From Terriglobia bacterium (GTDB lineage: Bacteria; Acidobacteriota; Terriglobia; JAJPHL01; JAPKYU01), in NCBI GenBank assembly GCA_965206645.1, contig CBDBKE010000002.1:576001-640000 (forward strand): a stretch of 64,000 nt of DNA, read 5' to 3'. The notes under the pieces were generated by a model. That model did not search any database. It saw nothing but the letters and a program-made list of their open reading frames with translations, and had not been told where the DNA came from. Positions 59,039 to 64,000 of this stretch are shown here, one piece after another (positions within the stretch are counted from its first letter, which is position 1; the number at the start of each line of letters is the position of its first letter). The position numbers and the translations under genes were made by a program.

Positions 59039-59974
59039 ATGGCAGAGGAAAACACGAAGCAGGACGGCGACGGCAACCAAGGCGTGAGCAGGAACGGGAA
59101 AACGAAGGTGGCCACGCTGGTAGAGAAGGCCAAGGCTGGAGCCCGCCTGCTGATGGGGCAGGTGCAGGAAGACGCTGAGGCGCTGAAGAAACCGCAGAAG
59201 ACCCAGCTGTGGAAGTCCCTGTTCCGGGTCAAGCACGATGACACGACCCGTAGCCGGGCGTTGGGCGTGCTGAGCAATGTCTTCCTGCACCTGCACCCGG
59301 CCAAGGTCAATCGCGACGCCGTGCGCTACAGCTACACCTGGGGCATGGGGGGCATCACCTTTTACCTGTTCATTGTCCTGACATTCACCGGGGTGCTCCT
59401 GATGTTCTACTACCACCCCACCAAGGTGCAGGCATTCCAAGATATCCTCTACCTGGAGCATGACGTGCCCTTCGGCCGCCTGCTGCGGAACATGCACCGC
59501 TGGGGCGCGCACCTGATGATCATCACCGTGTGGCTGCACATGTTCCGGGTGTTCCTGACCGGCTCCTACAAGAAGCCGCGCGAGTTCAACTGGGTGGTGG
59601 GGGTGATCCTGCTGGTGCTAACCATGCTGCTGTCGTTCACCGGCTATCTGCTGCCCGACGACCAGTTGGGATTCTGGGCGGTGACGGTGGGCACGAACAT
59701 GGCACGCGCCACTCCGATGCTGGGATCCGAAGGGCCATTTGGGCCGCAACTGGGAATGAGCCCCCTAAACGATGTGCGCTTTGCTCTGTTGGGCGGTTCC
59801 ATCGTGGATTCCAACGCCCTGCTGCGCTCCTATATCTGGCACTGCATTGCCATTCCCCTGATCGCCGCCGTTTTCATGGGGGTCCACTTCTGGCGGGTAC
59901 GCAAAGACGGCGGGATTTCCGGCCCGGCGCCGGTGATGCTAGAAAGCGAAATCAAGGAAGTCCGGAAGCTATAG
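59039..59974 (+). CDS. Cytochrome b6-like N-terminal subunit of a Rieske/cyt b complex
   Basis: GGIT, HRW...LH, TGY, H-x14-H spacing in helix D. Confidence 0.93.
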   Translation: MAEENTKQDGDGNQGVSRNGKTKVATLVEKAKAGARLLMGQVQEDAEALKKPQKTQLWKSLFRVKHDDTTRSRALGVLSNVFLHLHPAKVNRDAVRYSYTWGMGGITFYLFIVLTFTGVLLMFYYHPTKVQAFQDILYLEHDVPFGRLLRNMHRWGAHLMIITVWLHMFRVFLTGSYKKPREFNWVVGVILLVLTMLLSFTGYLLPDDQLGFWAVTVGTNMARATPMLGSEGPFGPQLGMSPLNDVRFALLGGSIVDSNALLRSYIWHCIAIPLIAAVFMGVHFWRVRKDGGISGPAPVMLESEIKEVRKL

Positions 59975-59989
59975 CAGAGAGGGAAGCCG

Positions 59990-60925
59990 ATGGATTGGGC
60001 GCAACTGTGGGAAATCGCATCCGCACCGGACAACGTGCCGATCGTGGCACTGCTGTTTCTGGTGCCTTTCTACTCCTGGTACGGCTTGCGCCAGGCTCTG
60101 GCCAATGACCGGCTGATCGCACAACTGGAAGCCGACCCTCAATTGGCGAAGACGCATCATCGCAAAACCCATCCTTTCCGGCCCGGCTGGGCCCGCGAGG
60201 TACATGTCTGGCCCTTCTTGCTGCGGATAGAATTTCTGGCAGCCATCATCGTGACCGTGATCCTGATGGTTTGGTCTCTGACGCTGGACGCGCCCCTGGA
60301 AGAGCCGGCCAATCCAAGCCTGACCATGAATCCTGCCAAAGCTCCCTGGTATTTCCTGGGCCTGCAGGAGATGCTGGTTTACTTTGACCCCTGGATCGCT
60401 GGTGTGGTGATGCCCACCCTCATCGTTATCGGGCTGATGGCGATCCCCTACATAGACGAGAATCCGCTGGGCACCGGCTACTACACCTTCCGCCAGCGCC
60501 GCTTTGCCATCCTGACGTTTTGCTTCGGTTTCATCTTGCTCTGGGTGGCGATGGTGGTGATTGGCACCTTTATCCGCGGACCGGGCTGGATGTGGTTCTG
60601 GCCCGGCCAAGTCTGGGACCATAACAAGCTGATCTTTGAAGCCAACCGGGACTTGCCCGACATCCTGGGCATTACCAGCATGGCGGGCAAAGGCATCCTC
60701 GGAGCTCTGGTGGTGGGCGGCTATTTCCTGCTGGCTGGTGTCGGCCTCCATATGTTGATTACGCTCACGGAGTTCAGCCGCAAGATATACAAGCGAATGA
60801 ACTTGCTGCAGTACCTGACCATGCAGTTTCTCGTCGTTACTATGCTGGCCCTGCCGGTGAAGATCTTCCTCCGGCTGCTGTTCCGGATTAAGTACATCTG
60901 GGTGACCCCATGGTTCAACGTCTGA
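59990..60925 (+). CDS. Subunit IV-like (cyt b C-terminal) protein with extra TMs
   Basis: PLEEPANP, NPAKAPWYF, PYID. Confidence 0.88.
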   Translation: MDWAQLWEIASAPDNVPIVALLFLVPFYSWYGLRQALANDRLIAQLEADPQLAKTHHRKTHPFRPGWAREVHVWPFLLRIEFLAAIIVTVILMVWSLTLDAPLEEPANPSLTMNPAKAPWYFLGLQEMLVYFDPWIAGVVMPTLIVIGLMAIPYIDENPLGTGYYTFRQRRFAILTFCFGFILLWVAMVVIGTFIRGPGWMWFWPGQVWDHNKLIFEANRDLPDILGITSMAGKGILGALVVGGYFLLAGVGLHMLITLTEFSRKIYKRMNLLQYLTMQFLVVTMLALPVKIFLRLLFRIKYIWVTPWFNV

Positions 60926-60928
60926 AAG

Positions 60929-60973
60929 CAAGGTGCGAAGGCCCGAGGTGCGAGGGCCCAAGGTGCGAAGGCA
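60929..60973. repeat. 15-bp imperfect tandem repeat x3 ending at the RBS of the cytochrome c gene
   Basis: CAAGGTGCGAAGGCC / CGAGGTGCGAGGGCC / CAAGGTGCGAAGGCA. Confidence 0.85.
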
Positions 60974-60985
60974 AGGAGGGGCCTG

Positions 60986-63900
60986 GTGCCTGAGACACCC
61001 GCTCCCGAACGAGACCCGATCGTCAGCCAGTCCCTCAGCGGTCCCCTGCTGATTTCCGCCTTCTTGCTGGTGGTGACGGTGGCTTGGTCCCTGTACGACG
61101 AACTGTACGGGCAGCGTCCCTGGAAGGATTACCAGAAGCGGTTTGTGGGCCAGTACACGGCGTATCTGAAGAGTTTGGAACCCAAGCAGGCGAGCGCGGA
61201 AGAGAAACTCCGGGGTTCGGACGAATACCAGCGCCTGGAGCAGGAATTGGCCGAAGCCGACAAGGCCGTTGCACCCAGGCTGCGCGACCTTGGCCGCGAG
61301 ATGAACCAGGAGCTTACCCCACGGATCATGGCCATAACCGAAGTTTTCCAGGTGGCCCGCGGGAAGTTGGGTGAAAAGACCTACCAACTGGAAACCGCCT
61401 CCAGCCCCAGCAAAAAAGAGTCGCGCAGAAAGGCGTTGGAACAGGCCAGACAGGAGAAGTGGTCGGCCCGGCTGCCGGCCGGCGACGGCAAAATCGAGCG
61501 GGTCAGCCTCACCTACGACGAGCTGGAACGGGAATTCAACGAGTTGAAGGACCGCAGGGCAAAGTTACAGGCTGAGCGCGCCGAACTGCTCCGACGGCCC
61601 ACCGAACTTCGGGCCCAACGGGATGCCTACTTGAAAGAAAACCTGGACGGCCTGGACAAACAGCAGATCGCCGGGCTGCTCCGGAACATGGAGAACTTTG
61701 AATACAAGATCAAGCAGATTCACGTTGGGGCGAAGCGCGTCTACGCAGGAGTTGGGCGCGTAGATATGGTGGATCGCTGCCACTCCTGCCACGCGGGGAT
61801 CCTGGAGCAAGTCCCGCTGACCAGGGACGACATGGGCGGCGAAGCAGCCTTCACCAGCCATCCCAATCCCGAGCTGCTGCGCGTCCACGACCCGGAGCGG
61901 TTCGGCTGCTCGCCCTGCCACGGAGGCAACGGGCGCGCCACCACCAGCGTGAAGAAAGCCCACGGCCAGTACAAACACTGGCTGTGGCCGCTGTACGCAC
62001 GAGAGAACGCGGAAGCCGGCTGCCAGCAGTGCCACAGCACCGAGATGGTGCTGGAACATGCGGAAGTGCTCAACGCGGGCAAGCAGCTTTTCCGCAACAA
62101 GGGCTGCATCGGCTGCCACCGCTATGAGCGTTTTGACCCGGAGGCCGAACGGCTGCAAACGGCGCGGTTGGCTATCCAGTCGCGGGAAGAACAGCGCAAG
62201 AAAAAGGAGCGCAAAGTTGCATTAACCATTCGGGCTGCCAATGCAGCCACCGACAACGCCACCTTCTCCCGGCTGAACGCCAAGGCAGATGGCTTGCGCC
62301 AGGGCCTGTCACTGATTGACCACGAGCTGGAACAGCTCCAATTGGAGTCTCGCAGCCTGATGCGCGAGTTGAAAAAGATCGGTCCTAACCTCAAGGACGT
62401 GCGGCAGAAACTGCGTCCCGAGTGGTTGCCGGTCTGGATCCAGAATCCGCATGAGTTCCGGCCCACAACCAAGATGCCGCGCTTCCGGCTTAGGGAGCAG
62501 GAAGTGCAAGCCATCGCCGCCTACCTGTGGCAGACCGGCACTCAGTTGCCCGTGCCGAAACGGCCGCCGGGCGACCCGGTGCGCGGCAAGGAATCCTTTG
62601 AGACGCGCGGCTGCATGGGCTGCCACTCGGTGGGGGAGGGCAGCCAGCGGTTGGGCGGCACGTTTGCCGCCAACCTGAGCCGCTTGGGCGAGAAAGCCAA
62701 CTACGAATACATCGTGCGCTGGATTCACAACCCGCGCGAGCGCAGCCTGCCCTATTGCCCGCTGGAGAACCGTGACATCGGTCCCGAAGACTACGCCAAG
62801 CACGGGTTGCCCTTCCGTTTCGACCTGGATCACAGCCTCTGCCCCAACGACGGCTCCGAAATGCAGGTACAGCAAATGACGGTCATGCCCAGCCTGCGTC
62901 TGAGCTGGCAGGAGAGCCGCGACGTCGCCAGCTACCTGATGACTCTGAAGCGGGAGGGCAAATCAGATTACCCGCCTGTGGAGTTTCTCAACGACCCGAA
63001 ACTCATGGCGCAGGGGTCCATCTACATCCGACACTATGGATGCGCGGGTTGCCACGAAATTTCCGGCTTCGAGCAGGAAAGCCGCATCGGGACGGAACTC
63101 ACCACCGAGGGTAGCAAACCCATCGAGCGTCTGGACTTTGCCCTGCTGACCCACGATGCCAAGAAAGAGGGCTGGTACGACCACAAGGGCTTTTTCGAGC
63201 GCAAGCTGGGCGACCCGACCGTCTTTGACCAGGGGAAGGAGAAAGCGCGGCTGGAGCTGCTCAGGATGCCCGAGCCTAACGTTACCCCGCGGGAAATCAC
63301 TGCGCTCACCACCTTCCTGCTGGGCAGCGTGGACCAGACCATACCGGCTCAGTATCAGTTCCGGCCTTCGGACCAGCGCCAAGACATTCAGGAAGGCTGG
63401 TGGATTGCCACCAAGTACAACTGCATGGGCTGCCACCAGGTCCGCATCGGCCAGGAATCGGTGCTGATGAATGTACCGCGCTATCAGACTCCAGACGGAA
63501 AAGAGCAGTTGCCGCCACGTTTGGTCGGCGTGGGCGCCCGCGTCAATCCCGCCTGGCTGCTTGACTTCCTGGAAAACCCGGCGCTCAGCAGCAAAGACAC
63601 GGACCGGAATGGCGCCCGGCACTACTTGAAAGCGCGCATGCCCACCTTCCACTTCTCTGACGGCGAACTTCGGAAACTGGTGCGCTTTTTTGCGGCCCTG
63701 GCGTCCCAGGCCACCCCCTATATTCCGCCTCGCTTGGAGCCACTGTCGTCTCAAGAGATGAAACTGGCACGGCAACTGTTTACCCACCCGGCCGCGCCCT
63801 GCTTGAAGTGCCATGCGACCGGAGATCCGGCTCACGACCGCAATGCCACCGCTCCCAATTTCCTGCTGGCGAAGGAACGCCTGAAATCAGGCTGGACCAA

Positions 63901-64000
63901 ACGCTGGATGGTCGAGCCCTCGCTGATCAGCCCCGGCACTTCTATGCCGGACGAGCTGTTCCGGCAGGAAGGAGAACGGTGGGTCTTCAACTTCGGCGGG
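60986..64000 (+). CDS. Large membrane-anchored multiheme cytochrome c (at least 1005 aa, at least 8 hemes; runs off the window)
   Basis: Not in the ORF track. AGGAGG RBS, GTG at 60986; in-frame CxxCH at 61778, 61907, 62021, 62105, 62612, 63041, 63422, 63800. Confidence 0.92.
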   Translation, partial: MPETPAPERDPIVSQSLSGPLLISAFLLVVTVAWSLYDELYGQRPWKDYQKRFVGQYTAYLKSLEPKQASAEEKLRGSDEYQRLEQELAEADKAVAPRLRDLGREMNQELTPRIMAITEVFQVARGKLGEKTYQLETASSPSKKESRRKALEQARQEKWSARLPAGDGKIERVSLTYDELEREFNELKDRRAKLQAERAELLRRPTELRAQRDAYLKENLDGLDKQQIAGLLRNMENFEYKIKQIHVGAKRVYAGVGRVDMVDRCHSCHAGILEQVPLTRDDMGGEAAFTSHPNPELLRVHDPERFGCSPCHGGNGRATTSVKKAHGQYKHWLWPLYARENAEAGCQQCHSTEMVLEHAEVLNAGKQLFRNKGCIGCHRYERFDPEAERLQTARLAIQSREEQRKKKERKVALTIRAANAATDNATFSRLNAKADGLRQGLSLIDHELEQLQLESRSLMRELKKIGPNLKDVRQKLRPEWLPVWIQNPHEFRPTTKMPRFRLREQEVQAIAAYLWQTGTQLPVPKRPPGDPVRGKESFETRGCMGCHSVGEGSQRLGGTFAANLSRLGEKANYEYIVRWIHNPRERSLPYCPLENRDIGPEDYAKHGLPFRFDLDHSLCPNDGSEMQVQQMTVMPSLRLSWQESRDVASYLMTLKREGKSDYPPVEFLNDPKLMAQGSIYIRHYGCAGCHEISGFEQESRIGTELTTEGSKPIERLDFALLTHDAKKEGWYDHKGFFERKLGDPTVFDQGKEKARLELLRMPEPNVTPREITALTTFLLGSVDQTIPAQYQFRPSDQRQDIQEGWWIATKYNCMGCHQVRIGQESVLMNVPRYQTPDGKEQLPPRLVGVGARVNPAWLLDFLENPALSSKDTDRNGARHYLKARMPTFHFSDGELRKLVRFFAALASQATPYIPPRLEPLSSQEMKLARQLFTHPAAPCLKCHATGDPAHDRNATAPNFLLAKERLKSGWTKRWMVEPSLISPGTSMPDELFRQEGERWVFNFGG

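Noticed and set aside
59969-63835. Minus-strand ORFs over the cytochrome operon
   Set aside because: Shadows of the plus-strand subunit IV and multiheme cytochrome c frames.

Overview
GC-rich bacterial chromosomal segment, most likely from Acidobacteriota (inferred from gene content). Left to right it holds: a glutaryl-CoA dehydrogenase cut by the window edge; an ECF sigma/ZAS anti-sigma pair; a pentose-phosphate operon (rpiB, tal-pgi fusion, HAD, gnd, zwf) whose leading transketolase has collapsed to a 228-bp three-fragment relic; and an accessory block of exported or catabolic enzymes. Next come a UGA-interrupted, SECIS-bearing thioredoxin-fold selenoprotein candidate (29239-29850), a 14-bp VNTR between two divergent glycosyltransferases, and a nest of IS elements (two near-identical IS3 copies, an IS1182 inserted in a perfect 34-bp palindrome of one copy, a third truncated IS3) beside a small decayed islet. 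The right part has the mreBCD-mrdA-rodA-RNase E/G cluster, a split methylmalonyl-CoA mutase, tRNA-Ser(UGA), an ABC exporter, and a Rieske/cytochrome b6-like operon with a >1000-aa cytochrome c carrying at least 8 CxxCH motifs. Across the window, at least 14 unrelated short (11-33 nt) tandem duplications occur; their periods are multiples of 3 inside genes and unconstrained outside. All calls come from reading the sequence; no database searches were run.
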